This document shows positions 19,858 to 28,666 of a stretch of 41,199 bases of DNA, one piece after another. Each line of letters starts with the position of its first letter. Position 1 is the first letter of the stretch. The notes under the pieces were generated by a model, which was not told the DNA's origin, searched no databases, and saw only the letters and a program-made list of their open reading frames with translations. Origin of the DNA: an uncultured Mycoplasmatota bacterium. GTDB lineage: Bacteria; Bacillota_I; Bacilli_A; RF39; UBA660. The position numbers and the translations under genes are program-made. The stretch lies in the NCBI GenBank assembly GCA_946530475.1, contig CAMNAC010000002.1, positions 1 to 41,199 of the forward strand, read 5' to 3'.

Positions 19858-19871
19858 AAAACATTTGTTCG
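19858..19871. promoter_or_regulatory. LexA (Cheo) box, degenerate left half
   Basis: AAAACATTTGTTCG. Confidence 0.45.
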
Positions 19872-19921
19872 CATTTTACACTTGCCTATTTTCTATATTT
19901 TTCAAAAAAGTTACGTTTTTG

Positions 19922-19935
19922 CGAACAAGCGTTTG
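19922..19935. promoter_or_regulatory. LexA (Cheo) box overlapping the lexA -35
   Basis: CGAACAAGCGTTTG. A weaker box, CGAATAAATGTATG, follows at 19941-19954. Confidence 0.7.
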
Positions 19936-19961
19936 ACAAGCGAATAAATGTATGGTAGAAT
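19933..19961 (+). promoter_or_regulatory. Sigma-A promoter of lexA
   Basis: TTGACA-17 nt-TAGAAT with extended TGn. Autoregulatory LexA boxes overlap it. Confidence 0.6.
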
Positions 19962-19986
19962 GTGATTAGAAAAGGGAGGTATTTAC

Positions 19987-20604
19987 TTGACAGAACTTAC
20001 AAAAAGACAAGATGAAGTATTGAAATACATTAAAGAATATATTGTTTCACATGGTTATCCACCTACTGTTCGTGAAATTGGAAAAGATTTAGGAGTTTCT
20101 TCTCCTGCAACGATTCATACCCATTTAAATAATCTAGAGAAAAAAGGTTTTATTAAAAAAGACGGTTCTAAAAATCGTGCATTAGAATTACTTGTAAAAA
20201 ATGAATATGAAATACAAAATGAAAATGTGGTAGAAGTTCCACTTTTAGGAAAAATTACTGCTGGAAGCCCTATTGAGGCAATCGAAAGACCAGATGAATA
20301 TTTTTCCCTACCTGCTTATTTGATACCACGCGATAAAGAAGTATTTACTCTACTCGTTAGCGGGACTAGCATGATTAATGCAGGAATCTATGATGGAGAT
20401 ATCGTAATTGTAGAAAGAAGAAATACTGCTAGAAATGGTGAAATAGTTGTCGCAATGACAGAAGACAATGAAGTTACTTTAAAAAGATTTTATAAAGAAA
20501 ATGATCATATTAGACTTCAACCTGAAAATGATACAATGGCTCCTATTATTCTTCCAAACGTATCTATTTTAGGACATGCGATTGGATTATATAGAAAGTT
20601 ATAA
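19987..20604 (+). CDS. lexA: LexA repressor
   Basis: 205 aa. TTG start with RBS GGGAGG. Winged HTH, Ala-Gly cleavage site (ITAGSP), Ser nucleophile (VSGTSM) and Lys (TLKRF). Confidence 0.95.
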   Translation: MTELTKRQDEVLKYIKEYIVSHGYPPTVREIGKDLGVSSPATIHTHLNNLEKKGFIKKDGSKNRALELLVKNEYEIQNENVVEVPLLGKITAGSPIEAIERPDEYFSLPAYLIPRDKEVFTLLVSGTSMINAGIYDGDIVIVERRNTARNGEIVVAMTEDNEVTLKRFYKENDHIRLQPENDTMAPIILPNVSILGHAIGLYRKL

Positions 20605-20631
20605 AAAAACGTTAGAATTTCTAACGTTTTT
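20604..20631. terminator. Bidirectional rho-independent terminator between the convergent lexA and 412-aa ORF
   Basis: AAAAAACGTTAGAA-T-TTCTAACGTTTTTT: a perfect palindrome flanked by an A-run and a T-run. Confidence 0.7.
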
Positions 20632-21859
20632 TTGTTTCTTCTACTAATTCAAGTACCGTATTTAATCTTCTTAATTTATCCCTTAATTGAGCTTCTCTTA
20701 AGTTGGAAATACCATTGATAAAAATACGATTGTCTTTAATGATTCTTTTATATAGGTCATTATCCCCATTGCGAATATAATCTGCTGCCCAATGAATAAT
20801 CTCATATAATTCCGAATTATTTACTTCCGACTCATTTACTCTTGGACTATCTGCATAACAAATTCCCATAACTTGTTCTGCTTTTTTCTTATTATCTTGT
20901 AATTGATAATGTGTTTTTAATAGTTGATAGGTATTTGGACCTATTTCAAGCTCCGTAATTCCTGTTTTAGGAACAAATACATTTGATACTTCATCAAAAT
21001 TGTATTTTGCAAATTCCTCTTCTGATTCACGTAAGTCTTTGATATTTATTTCTTTCGAGCGTTTCAACTTTTTCATGAATTCATAATCATATCCAAGAAT
21101 AGACTTCTTAAACTGTTCTAGTTTATCTTTTTTTAGATATTTCGTCACATTCTTTTCAAGAAGTTCTCTTTCTTCTTTTTTAAGATTTAAATAATTATTT
21201 AGATTGGTATAATTTTGAATCATATCCACTCTTTCATTGGACTGACTGTTATAAATACTTTCTTTTAAACTTTTTTCATTTAATAAATGTTCCCTACTGT
21301 AAAAGTTTTTCACTGCTTCATAGTAATCTAATTCTTTTCCAGAAAGATTGGATTTATCATTTTTCATAAGAAAATAATGAGCATTTTCTTTCACCAAGGC
21401 ATCTAATTCAGCGGTACGATTACGAAATTGTCTTTTTTGATTAGTTGTTCCATTCGCATAATAAATACGAACTGCTTCACTTTGGTTTGTTTTTACGATC
21501 TTATATTTCATGACTGTCATACCATCGTGACGATATTGTATATTTTGTTGTCCTTTTTCTTTTGGAATCGTAAGTCCTAATATTTTACGAATTGCTAAAT
21601 TTGAAATTCCTAATTTTACTTCTATTTGATGAACATTAAAATCATGAGTATGCATATGAAAGATTTTCTTAAAATTAGAAGAAGACACATTTTGATAAGT
21701 CGATTTTCTACCTCTTTTTACTTCTTCTACATATTCCATATCTAAATAATCAGATACTTCTTCCTCTGTTAAATGGAATGTCATTGCGATTTCATCTATC
21801 GCTACTCCTTTTTTATAAGCAAGTTGAATCGCTTTGATCAATTGATTTTGTCTATCCAT
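20621..21859 (-). CDS. Hypothetical protein with two N-terminal HTH-like modules (412 aa)
   Basis: Long ORF with RBS AAGGGGGA. Residues 1-40 (AYKKGVAIDEIAMTFHLTEEEVSDYL) and 70-100 (FNVHQIEVKLGISNLAIRKILGL) look like HTH units. The remainder is charged and helical. No family recognised. Confidence 0.7.
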   Translation of the reverse strand: MDRQNQLIKAIQLAYKKGVAIDEIAMTFHLTEEEVSDYLDMEYVEEVKRGRKSTYQNVSSSNFKKIFHMHTHDFNVHQIEVKLGISNLAIRKILGLTIPKEKGQQNIQYRHDGMTVMKYKIVKTNQSEAVRIYYANGTTNQKRQFRNRTAELDALVKENAHYFLMKNDKSNLSGKELDYYEAVKNFYSREHLLNEKSLKESIYNSQSNERVDMIQNYTNLNNYLNLKKEERELLEKNVTKYLKKDKLEQFKKSILGYDYEFMKKLKRSKEINIKDLRESEEEFAKYNFDEVSNVFVPKTGITELEIGPNTYQLLKTHYQLQDNKKKAEQVMGICYADSPRVNESEVNNSELYEIIHWAADYIRNGDNDLYKRIIKDNRIFINGISNLREAQLRDKLRRLNTVLELVEETKKR

Positions 21860-21889
21860 AAAAATCCCCCTTTTCTTTAACAGTTATGT

Positions 21890-21918
21890 ATACTAACAAA
21901 AAAAAAGAATCCTGTCAA
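21890..21918 (-). promoter_or_regulatory. Sigma-A promoter of the 412-aa ORF
   Basis: Minus strand TTGACA-17 nt-TAGTAT with extended TGn. Confidence 0.55.
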
Positions 21919-21933
21919 ATTAACAGAATTCTT
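21898..21933 (-). terminator. Rho-independent terminator after the rhomboid/zinc-ribbon unit
   Basis: Minus strand AAGAATTCTGT-TAATTTG-ACAGGATTCTT followed by TTTTTTT. Confidence 0.7.
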
Positions 21934-22078
21934 ACCTTTTTAGCTTTTTTATAGGAAAACGAATGATTTCTCTTTTTTCAGCATATCCACATTTTGGACA
22001 TTCATGAACAACATAAGCGATATTCCCACTATCTCGTACTACGATTTCAACTAATTTTGATCCACAATTTGGACACAT
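21932..22078 (-). CDS. 48-aa zinc-ribbon protein
   Basis: Not in the ORF track. Product: MCPNCGSKLVEIVVRDSGNIAYVVHECPKCGYAEKREIIRFPIKKLKR, with two CPxCG knuckles. Its ATG overlaps the rhomboid TAA as TAATG. Confidence 0.5.
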   Translation of the reverse strand: MCPNCGSKLVEIVVRDSGNIAYVVHECPKCGYAEKREIIRFPIKKLKR

Positions 22079-23244
22079 TATGCGAAAAACCCCATATAGA
22101 TCAAAAATACAAGACTAATCATTGTCATAATAAATCCATTTATTTGATCGGATTTTGTAGAACGAAATGGAACCCCTACTGCTGCAGAAATTAGAACACC
22201 ACCTAAAAGTCCTCCTATATGTGCAGCATTATCAATTCCTGGTAAAAGAAGTCCAATCATAAAGTTGATTAAAATGACTGGAATAATTTGGGATCTTATC
22301 ACATTTCCTAAAAAGACGCGGTAATGATATCCAAAATATAGGATTGCCCCAAAAAGTCCAAAAATGGCTCCTGAAGCACCTGCTGAAATGGTATCTTTTA
22401 AGAAAAGCATCGACATTAAATTTCCAAAAATCGCACTCCCTAAATAAATGCATAAGAATTTCCATTTTCCATAATAGCTTTCTAGTTCGATACCTAGCAC
22501 ATATAATGCCCACATATTCATGAGTAAATGAATTGCTCCTATATGTAAGAAAGCACTTGTTAAAAGTCTATAATATTCTCCATTTACTATGAGAGGTGTG
22601 AAATTCGCTCCAAATTTTAGAAGAGTCTCTGAATCTTCACTTCCATTACCAAGTACATACATCAGTAAAAATACAACTACATTGATTCCTATTAAACCAT
22701 ATGTAATATAAGGAGTTTTCTTTTCAAAAACACGTTCTGCCTTTTTCGCATCTTCTTCACTTTTTTTATTAATGTCATCTGTTATTTTCAAAAACAATTC
22801 CAATCCCTTTTCTTTAAAATCTGTTTCCTTCATTAAATCAGGAAATATCTTTAATATTGTTGGATTATTTTCGATATCTTCCATTGATTGAACCGAGTAA
22901 CAAAGTAAATTTTGGCTTTTATGTTCTTCTAGATGAACATTATCTCCTAAATCTAAATAAAAACTAATTGCGTTCATACCAAAAGAGAATGTTTTTCTTT
23001 TGATTCGTTTCATGATTTGTTTGGTTCTATAAACATCAAAATCAAATTGTTCATCATTATGAATATAGTTTGAAACAATTCGTATAATTCGATATTCTTC
23101 GCTTAGATTCTCTAACCATATTTCGTTTTGAGCCCCATGAAGAACAATCGGGTTATATCCTTTTTCTGTCGTAAAATAATGAAGTAATTTCATTACAATT
23201 TCATCTTTTCCACCAATTTCAATGGTTCCCAATGATTGATTCAT
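22078..23244 (-). CDS. Rhomboid family intramembrane serine protease with an N-terminal cytoplasmic domain
   Basis: 388 aa with HLLMNM, catalytic GASGAIFG and AHIGGLLGG motifs. Similar in layout to GluP/YqgP. Confidence 0.88.
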   Translation of the reverse strand: MNQSLGTIEIGGKDEIVMKLLHYFTTEKGYNPIVLHGAQNEIWLENLSEEYRIIRIVSNYIHNDEQFDFDVYRTKQIMKRIKRKTFSFGMNAISFYLDLGDNVHLEEHKSQNLLCYSVQSMEDIENNPTILKIFPDLMKETDFKEKGLELFLKITDDINKKSEEDAKKAERVFEKKTPYITYGLIGINVVVFLLMYVLGNGSEDSETLLKFGANFTPLIVNGEYYRLLTSAFLHIGAIHLLMNMWALYVLGIELESYYGKWKFLCIYLGSAIFGNLMSMLFLKDTISAGASGAIFGLFGAILYFGYHYRVFLGNVIRSQIIPVILINFMIGLLLPGIDNAAHIGGLLGGVLISAAVGVPFRSTKSDQINGFIMTMISLVFLIYMGFFA

Positions 23245-23278
23245 AAAATTCCTCCTTGCCTCTTATTATAACATGATT

Positions 23279-24175
23279 TTATTCGTTCTCAAATTTTTCT
23301 AATATTTCTAAAAATTCAGTTGGTAAATCTGCATGAAATTCCATATATTTTTTTGTAGTAGGATGAATAAAACCTAATTCTTTTGCGTGAAGACATTGCC
23401 CTGTATCATTGATTGGTTTTCGATTTCCATAGATAGGATCATTCACAACAGGATGTCCAATGTAATTTAAATGAACACGTATTTGATGGGTTCTCCCAGT
23501 TTCTAGCACACATTCAATTAATGTAGCATGTTTCATTCTCTTCAAAACTTTTAAATGGGTAATTGCTTCTTTACTATGAATGGAAGTAACAGCCATTTTT
23601 TTTCGATCTTTTAAGTCTCTTCCGATAGGAGCTTTTATTGTCGCACTGTCTTCTTCAATCACTCCCCAAACCAACGCTTCATATTTTCTATGAATGGAAT
23701 GTTCTTCTAATTGATGGGCTAAAAACTCATGTGCACGGTTATTTTTCGCGACAACAAGTAAACCTGTCGTAAAAGCATCAATACGGTGTACGATTCCAGG
23801 TCGAAATTCTCCATTGATATCACTTAATTCTTTCGAGTGATACAAAAGCCCATTTACTAGAGTTCCTGTAAAATTCCCTACTGCTGGATGTACAACCATT
23901 CCATTTGGTTTATTGACAACGATCACATCACTATCTTCATATACAATTTCAAAATCTAATTTTTCTGGAATCAACTTCATTTCTTTTTCAACAAAAGGTT
24001 CATAAGATATCTGATCATTTGCTTTTAATTGGTAACCATTTTTAGAAGGACAATCATTTACTAAAATTTGATTTTCTTTAATCATAGACTGTACTTTACT
24101 TCTGCTTAAAGAAAGTACATCCATCATAAATTGATCTAAGCGCATCCCCTCTTCTACTTTTTCAATGTGCTCCAT
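23279..24175 (-). CDS. rluD: RluA-family 23S rRNA pseudouridine synthase (RluD/YlyB-like)
   Basis: S4 domain plus the HRIDAFTTGLL catalytic motif. ATG at 24173-24175 with RBS AGAGGTG. Lies downstream of lspA, as in Bacillus. Confidence 0.9.
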   Translation of the reverse strand: MEHIEKVEEGMRLDQFMMDVLSLSRSKVQSMIKENQILVNDCPSKNGYQLKANDQISYEPFVEKEMKLIPEKLDFEIVYEDSDVIVVNKPNGMVVHPAVGNFTGTLVNGLLYHSKELSDINGEFRPGIVHRIDAFTTGLLVVAKNNRAHEFLAHQLEEHSIHRKYEALVWGVIEEDSATIKAPIGRDLKDRKKMAVTSIHSKEAITHLKVLKRMKHATLIECVLETGRTHQIRVHLNYIGHPVVNDPIYGNRKPINDTGQCLHAKELGFIHPTTKKYMEFHADLPTEFLEILEKFENE

Positions 24176-24623
24176 GTTTTTCACCTCTTAAAATTTTGAT
24201 AATTAAAAGTCCTACTCCTATCACAATACAACTATCTGCCAGATTAAAAATCGGAAAATGATAAGAAAAGAACGTAAAATCTAGGTAATCTACAACAGAA
24301 TGCAGAAAGATTCGGTCGATTAAATTCCCTAATATTCCTCCAATTAACAAAGAATAAGTTAGGATATCTAATTTTGTAAATGTTTGATTTTTCAAAAAAA
24401 ACTCATAAAGATAATACAAAGCCAAAAAAGTAATTCCGATTAAAATCAATGTATTTCCCTCTAAAATACTCCAAGCTGCACCCGTATTTCTTGTATAGGT
24501 AATATGAAAAAAATCGGGGATAATGGTAATACTTTGATTTAACTCTAAAAAAGATTGAATCAAACATTTAATCAATTGATCTAATAATAGAAAAAAGGCA
24601 CTTCCTGAGATCACTTTTTTCAT
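24162..24623 (-). CDS. lspA: Lipoprotein signal peptidase II
   Basis: NTGAAWS and FNLADS motifs. ATG at 24621-24623 with RBS GGTGA. Confidence 0.9.
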   Translation of the reverse strand: MKKVISGSAFFLLLDQLIKCLIQSFLELNQSITIIPDFFHITYTRNTGAAWSILEGNTLILIGITFLALYYLYEFFLKNQTFTKLDILTYSLLIGGILGNLIDRIFLHSVVDYLDFTFFSYHFPIFNLADSCIVIGVGLLIIKILRGEKHGAH

Positions 24624-24676
24624 AATAATCACCGATTCCATTATATCAAAAAAAAGACTCTTTTTATAGTCTTTCC

Positions 24677-25183
24677 TTATAATAGATTTCGATTTTTTAA
24701 CTCCTCATAAAGAGATTTTGATAACACTCCGATTAATAATCCAGTTGGAATAGAAAAAGCAAATAGCCATGGATAATAATGAAATAAACTTGGCATTTCG
24801 AGCAATATTACCGCACAGATAATTTGTCCTGTACAGTGAGAAATAGAACCTAAGATACTGACTCCAATCATACTGAACTTTGTAAATCTTTTTGCAAGTA
24901 TCATAACAAGAATACTAAGAATTGCACCTGTAAGACTAAAGAAAAATGGGATGGAAAAGATACCAGTCGAAAATAGACTTACCAAAAAAACTCTTGTAAT
25001 AGATATTAGAATTGCTTCTTTTTCTCCGTATCCATATAAGATTAATAATACGATACAGTTAGCAAGCCCAATTTTTACTCCTGGTAACGTGCCATTAAAT
25101 AAAGGCACTAAGTTTTCGAAATACCCTAAAACGACTGAAAGAGCAAGTAAACCAGATAATCTTGTTAATTTTTTTAATTCCAT
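24677..25183 (-). CDS. Gx transporter family protein (heptaprenyl diphosphate synthase component I-like)
   Basis: 168-aa polytopic protein. YFENLVPLFNGTLPGVKIGLANCIVL is typical of the family. Clustered with NusG_II and ApbE genes. Confidence 0.65.
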   Translation of the reverse strand: MELKKLTRLSGLLALSVVLGYFENLVPLFNGTLPGVKIGLANCIVLLILYGYGEKEAILISITRVFLVSLFSTGIFSIPFFFSLTGAILSILVMILAKRFTKFSMIGVSILGSISHCTGQIICAVILLEMPSLFHYYPWLFAFSIPTGLLIGVLSKSLYEELKNRNLL

Positions 25184-25527
25184 TATTTCACCACCGCATC
25201 GATATTTGAATTTCCTACAATTTTAATCACTAATTCATTTGGAAGACATACAATCATCTCATTTGCATGATAGATAAATCCTTGTTTGGAACAATAATGT
25301 TTTGGGCTTGTTTCTTTTTCTACCATGACTCCATTATCTTGAACAACGATTTGTACTACCCCTAATTTTCCATCCACTTCATAAATTTGGTTTTGACTAA
25401 GTGGAACAGATAATACCAAAGAGTTGTTTCGATAAACTTCTACTGTGTTTCCCTTTTTGGGGTAGAACAAAAGAATACCTCCTAAAAGAAGACATATTCC
25501 TAATAAGGTCTTATCCCATTTATTCAT
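25183..25527 (-). CDS. NusG domain II-containing membrane-anchored protein
   Basis: 114 aa: an N-terminal TM helix, then a beta-rich domain with HYCSKQGFI...VCLPN. It has the typical partners ApbE and the Gx transporter. Confidence 0.65.
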   Translation of the reverse strand: MNKWDKTLLGICLLLGGILLFYPKKGNTVEVYRNNSLVLSVPLSQNQIYEVDGKLGVVQIVVQDNGVMVEKETSPKHYCSKQGFIYHANEMIVCLPNELVIKIVGNSNIDAVVK

Positions 25528-26482
25528 AATTAGAGACTCCTTTTGTAGTAATTACTTCATTTTCATTTGTAACCCAGATTGCATCAACATCCGAATAATC
25601 TTTTAAAAATTTTTCCCCTTCTTCTTCTGTCATTAAAAATAATGTGGTAGATAGAATATCTGCAAGTCCACTATCAGAAGCAATCACTGTTACACTTTTC
25701 ATAGTTTTTGCCGGAAACAGAGTTCCAGGATCAATAATATGATGATATTTCACTCCATCATATTCGTAAAACCTTTCATATCCTCCACTTGTGACAACTG
25801 CTTTTTCTTTCACATTTAGTATTTTTAACAAATCTGAATTATCCGGATTTTGAATTCCAACACGGTAATAGGTTTTATTGGAAGGAGTTCCTACTAATAC
25901 ATTCCCTCCTGCATTAATCAAATAATCTTTTACCTCTTTTTCTTGAAAAAATTCACCTAACTTTTGTACAGCATATCCTTTTGCGAAAGAACCCAAATCA
26001 AGATTTGGATGATTGTTTAAGATTTTATTATTTCCAAGTAATATGAGAGGGTGGTTTTCACAAGCTTGTAATTCTTCTATAGAAGGAATTGTTTCTTTTT
26101 CTTTTGCATCCTTCCATAGTTGAAACACACAACCTAATTCAATATTATATTTTCCATCACTTTTTTCTTTAAAAGACTGTGCATATTCTAACATTTCATA
26201 TAAATCAGGATTCAACTCAAGTGTTTCAGATTCATCTTTATTATGAAGAATTCCATATACATTATTCCCATATTCTTCATATCTGGTAGTTAAATTATGA
26301 TAATGAAGAAAAAGTTCTTCTATTTCTTTTTTATAATCTTTCTTTCCTTTATATTTTACTTCTATTAAAGTATCAAAATATAAAAAGGTATCATCATACT
26401 GTTTTTCTTTTTTAAATAAGAAAAAAATACAAAGAAAAAGGATACTTATGATTAAAATAAATAAAGCATATTTCTTTTTCAT
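25520..26482 (-). CDS. apbE: FAD:protein FMN transferase (ApbE family)
   Basis: ATG at 26480-26482 with RBS AGGAGG and a signal/anchor helix. Motifs: YNIELGC, INAGGNVLV, VVTSGGYERF, HHIIDPGT. Confidence 0.85.
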   Translation of the reverse strand: MKKKYALFILIISILFLCIFFLFKKEKQYDDTFLYFDTLIEVKYKGKKDYKKEIEELFLHYHNLTTRYEEYGNNVYGILHNKDESETLELNPDLYEMLEYAQSFKEKSDGKYNIELGCVFQLWKDAKEKETIPSIEELQACENHPLILLGNNKILNNHPNLDLGSFAKGYAVQKLGEFFQEKEVKDYLINAGGNVLVGTPSNKTYYRVGIQNPDNSDLLKILNVKEKAVVTSGGYERFYEYDGVKYHHIIDPGTLFPAKTMKSVTVIASDSGLADILSTTLFLMTEEEGEKFLKDYSDVDAIWVTNENEVITTKGVSNYE

Positions 26483-26492
26483 AAGGATCCTC

Positions 26493-27518
26493 CTATACTT
26501 TTGTATCATCCATTTCCATGACTTCTTCGTAAACAGCCTTTAATTGTTCTCCTATTTTTTTGATATCTCTTTCCTCAGCTAATTTATATCCTTCTTCTAC
26601 TAAAGAAGGAAGTTTTCCTTCTAGAATTCCTTTTATTTTTGTTTCAAATTCTTCGAACGTTTTTGCTTTATAAACATTCTTTCCATCTTGAAACCAGCCT
26701 TCATAAATTGGAATATCACGAAGTAAAGTAGGAATCTTAGTAGCTAATGCTTCCAATAAAACAATTCCTTCTGTTTCTTCATGCGTTGGGAATATGAATA
26801 AATCAGCTCCGCTATAAGCACCTCTTAATACTTCTCTTGGAACATAGCCTGGAAAATGAAGATTATCCAATTTTGTTTCGACTGCTTCTCGAATCTTTGC
26901 TGGAATCAATTTAGGATCGGTATAACCGAACCAAATAAATTGATATTCCGGCATTGCTTTCGCTAACTCAACAAAATCTAAAATTCCTTTTCTTTCAATA
27001 TAAAGACCAACTGCCATGACAATTTTATCTGTATCTTTAAAATGAAAATCTTCTCTAAACTTTTTCCCTAATTCTTCATCTTTTTTAAAGAACTCTAACT
27101 CAATTCCATTTGAAATTGCGACTATTTTCTTTCCTAAGTCATAATTTTCTAATAACCTTTTGGAATAAGGTGTTGGAGTAATTATCATATCTGCAGAAGA
27201 ATAACATTTCTTAAGCCATAAACGAAAAGCTGGGGCTACCTGATTCGAAAACAAGAAACTATTTCTGAAATCTTCTTCTGTAGAATGCGCATGGAAGATC
27301 ACTTTTTTCCCTGCTTTTTTTGCCTTTTTTCCCATTAAATAAGATTCTGGAAAAATCGTATTAATATGAATAATATCATAATCATCTTGTGGATCAGTTG
27401 TATAAGGTACTCCTACTAATTCCAAAGCCTTTTTTTGATGGATAATAGCTCTTCCTACTCCACTTTTTTCTACTTGTTCCATTTTATCTGTATGTAATAA
27501 TATTTTCAATGATATCAC
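26493..27518 (-). CDS. Family 4 glycosyltransferase (likely diacylglycerol glycosyltransferase type)
   Basis: 341 aa with SGVGRAI at the N-terminus and the EX7E region FPTHEETEGIVLLEA. Confidence 0.8.
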   Translation of the reverse strand: MISLKILLHTDKMEQVEKSGVGRAIIHQKKALELVGVPYTTDPQDDYDIIHINTIFPESYLMGKKAKKAGKKVIFHAHSTEEDFRNSFLFSNQVAPAFRLWLKKCYSSADMIITPTPYSKRLLENYDLGKKIVAISNGIELEFFKKDEELGKKFREDFHFKDTDKIVMAVGLYIERKGILDFVELAKAMPEYQFIWFGYTDPKLIPAKIREAVETKLDNLHFPGYVPREVLRGAYSGADLFIFPTHEETEGIVLLEALATKIPTLLRDIPIYEGWFQDGKNVYKAKTFEEFETKIKGILEGKLPSLVEEGYKLAEERDIKKIGEQLKAVYEEVMEMDDTKV

Positions 27519-27553
27519 CTGATTTCATTATAACACAAAAAAAAGATATTTCA

Positions 27554-27778
27554 TCAATCCATGTGAACTAAAATGACATCTTCTCCAAATTTTTCGATTT
27601 GATTCCATTTTATTTCCAACTCTTCTTTAGAAGAAAAAACAGAAAATAATTTATTCTTTTCTATGATTAAAGATTCCATTTTTCCATTTTTATCGATCAC
27701 AATATCGATGATATTCCCTATTTTTTTCCCATCTTTTAGATTGATGACATCTTTATTTTGTAATTCTGATAATCTCAT
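27554..27778 (-). CDS. ylmC: YlmC/YmxH family sporulation protein (PRC barrel)
   Basis: 74 aa: MRLSELQNKDVINLKDGKKIGNIIDIVIDKNGKMESLII. Downstream of sigG, as in Bacillus. Confidence 0.8.
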   Translation of the reverse strand: MRLSELQNKDVINLKDGKKIGNIIDIVIDKNGKMESLIIEKNKLFSVFSSKEELEIKWNQIEKFGEDVILVHMD

Positions 27779-27815
27779 ATAACCACCTATTAAACCATAT
27801 GTTTTTTCAATTTTT

Positions 27816-28592
27816 TTATGAAATCATCTTTTTGATATGTTCCAAGCCACTTTTTTCTAATCTAGATATTTGAGCTTGACTAATTCCAATTTCTTCCGCT
27901 AATTCCATCTGTGTTTTTCCAATAATATATCTCGATGTAATAATGTAGCGTTCTTTTTCTTTTAATTTTGATAACGCTTCTTTTAAATCAATTGAGAGTT
28001 CCACTTTTTCGGGTCTACTTTCTTTATCATCTAATTGATCTTCTAAATAAATGGTATCTCCTCCATCTTGATAAATGGGTTCAAAAATGCTAATGGTTTC
28101 TTTCATAGAATCCAGTGCATGAGTAATATCATAGACAGGAAGTTTCAATACATTGGATATTTCTTCTACGGTTACTTCTCTTCCATATAAATTGGTTAAT
28201 TCTTCTTTTGCTTTTAATGCTTTATAAGCTAAATCTTTAATACTTCTTGAGATTCTTAAATTATTGTCATCCCTTAAATGTCTTTTTATTTCTCCCAATA
28301 TCATAGGAACTGCATAGGTACTAAATTTCACTTCATGAGATAAATCAAAATTTTCAATTGCTTTTATAAGACCAATACATCCTACTTGAAATAAATCATC
28401 TAAATTATCTGTTTTCGTATGAAATCTTTGAAGAATACTCAACACTAATTTTAAATTTCCATTTACTAATTCTTCTTTTGCATTCAAATCCCCCATCTTA
28501 TATTTTTTTAATAATTCGATTTGTTCTTCATTACTTAATACTTTAATATTCGCAGTATTCACGCCACAAATTTCTACTTTATGACGTGCCAT
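27816..28592 (-). CDS. sigG: Sporulation sigma factor SigG
   Basis: From the ATG at 28590-28592 (RBS AGGAG) the product is colinear with B. subtilis SigG as I recall it: HKVEICGVNT, LVNGNLKLVLS, DLFQVGCIGLIKAIENFD, KFSTYAVPMILGEIKRHLRD, GKTQMELAEEIGISQAQISRLEK. Confidence 0.9.
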   Translation of the reverse strand: MARHKVEICGVNTANIKVLSNEEQIELLKKYKMGDLNAKEELVNGNLKLVLSILQRFHTKTDNLDDLFQVGCIGLIKAIENFDLSHEVKFSTYAVPMILGEIKRHLRDDNNLRISRSIKDLAYKALKAKEELTNLYGREVTVEEISNVLKLPVYDITHALDSMKETISIFEPIYQDGGDTIYLEDQLDDKESRPEKVELSIDLKEALSKLKEKERYIITSRYIIGKTQMELAEEIGISQAQISRLEKSGLEHIKKMIS

Positions 28593-28609
28593 AAAATCTC
28601 CTTTCATTT

Positions 28610-28638
28610 TATTATGAGAAAGAATCCTTTTTTTAAAC
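28610..28638 (-). promoter_or_regulatory. Possible forespore (SigF/SigG-type) promoter of sigG
   Basis: Minus strand GTTTA-17 nt-CATAATA versus the consensus GHATR-17/18-CATxHTA. One mismatch in the -35. Confidence 0.3.
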
Positions 28639-28666
28639 AAAAAAATGTTAGAAATATCTAACATTT
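28638..28666 (-). terminator. Rho-independent terminator immediately upstream of sigG
   Basis: Minus strand AATGTTAGA-TATT-TCTAACATT followed by TTTTTTT. Confidence 0.65.

Noticed and set aside
19676-19858. Plus-strand 60-aa ORF in the tkt-lexA intergenic region
   Set aside because: It has no RBS and overlaps the better-supported minus-strand 48-aa ORF, its promoter and LexA boxes.
21994-22513. ORFs 21994-22194 (+) and 22232-22513 (-)
   Set aside because: These are alternative-frame or antisense shadows of the zinc-ribbon mini-ORF and the rhomboid gene. The rhomboid frame carries the catalytic motifs.
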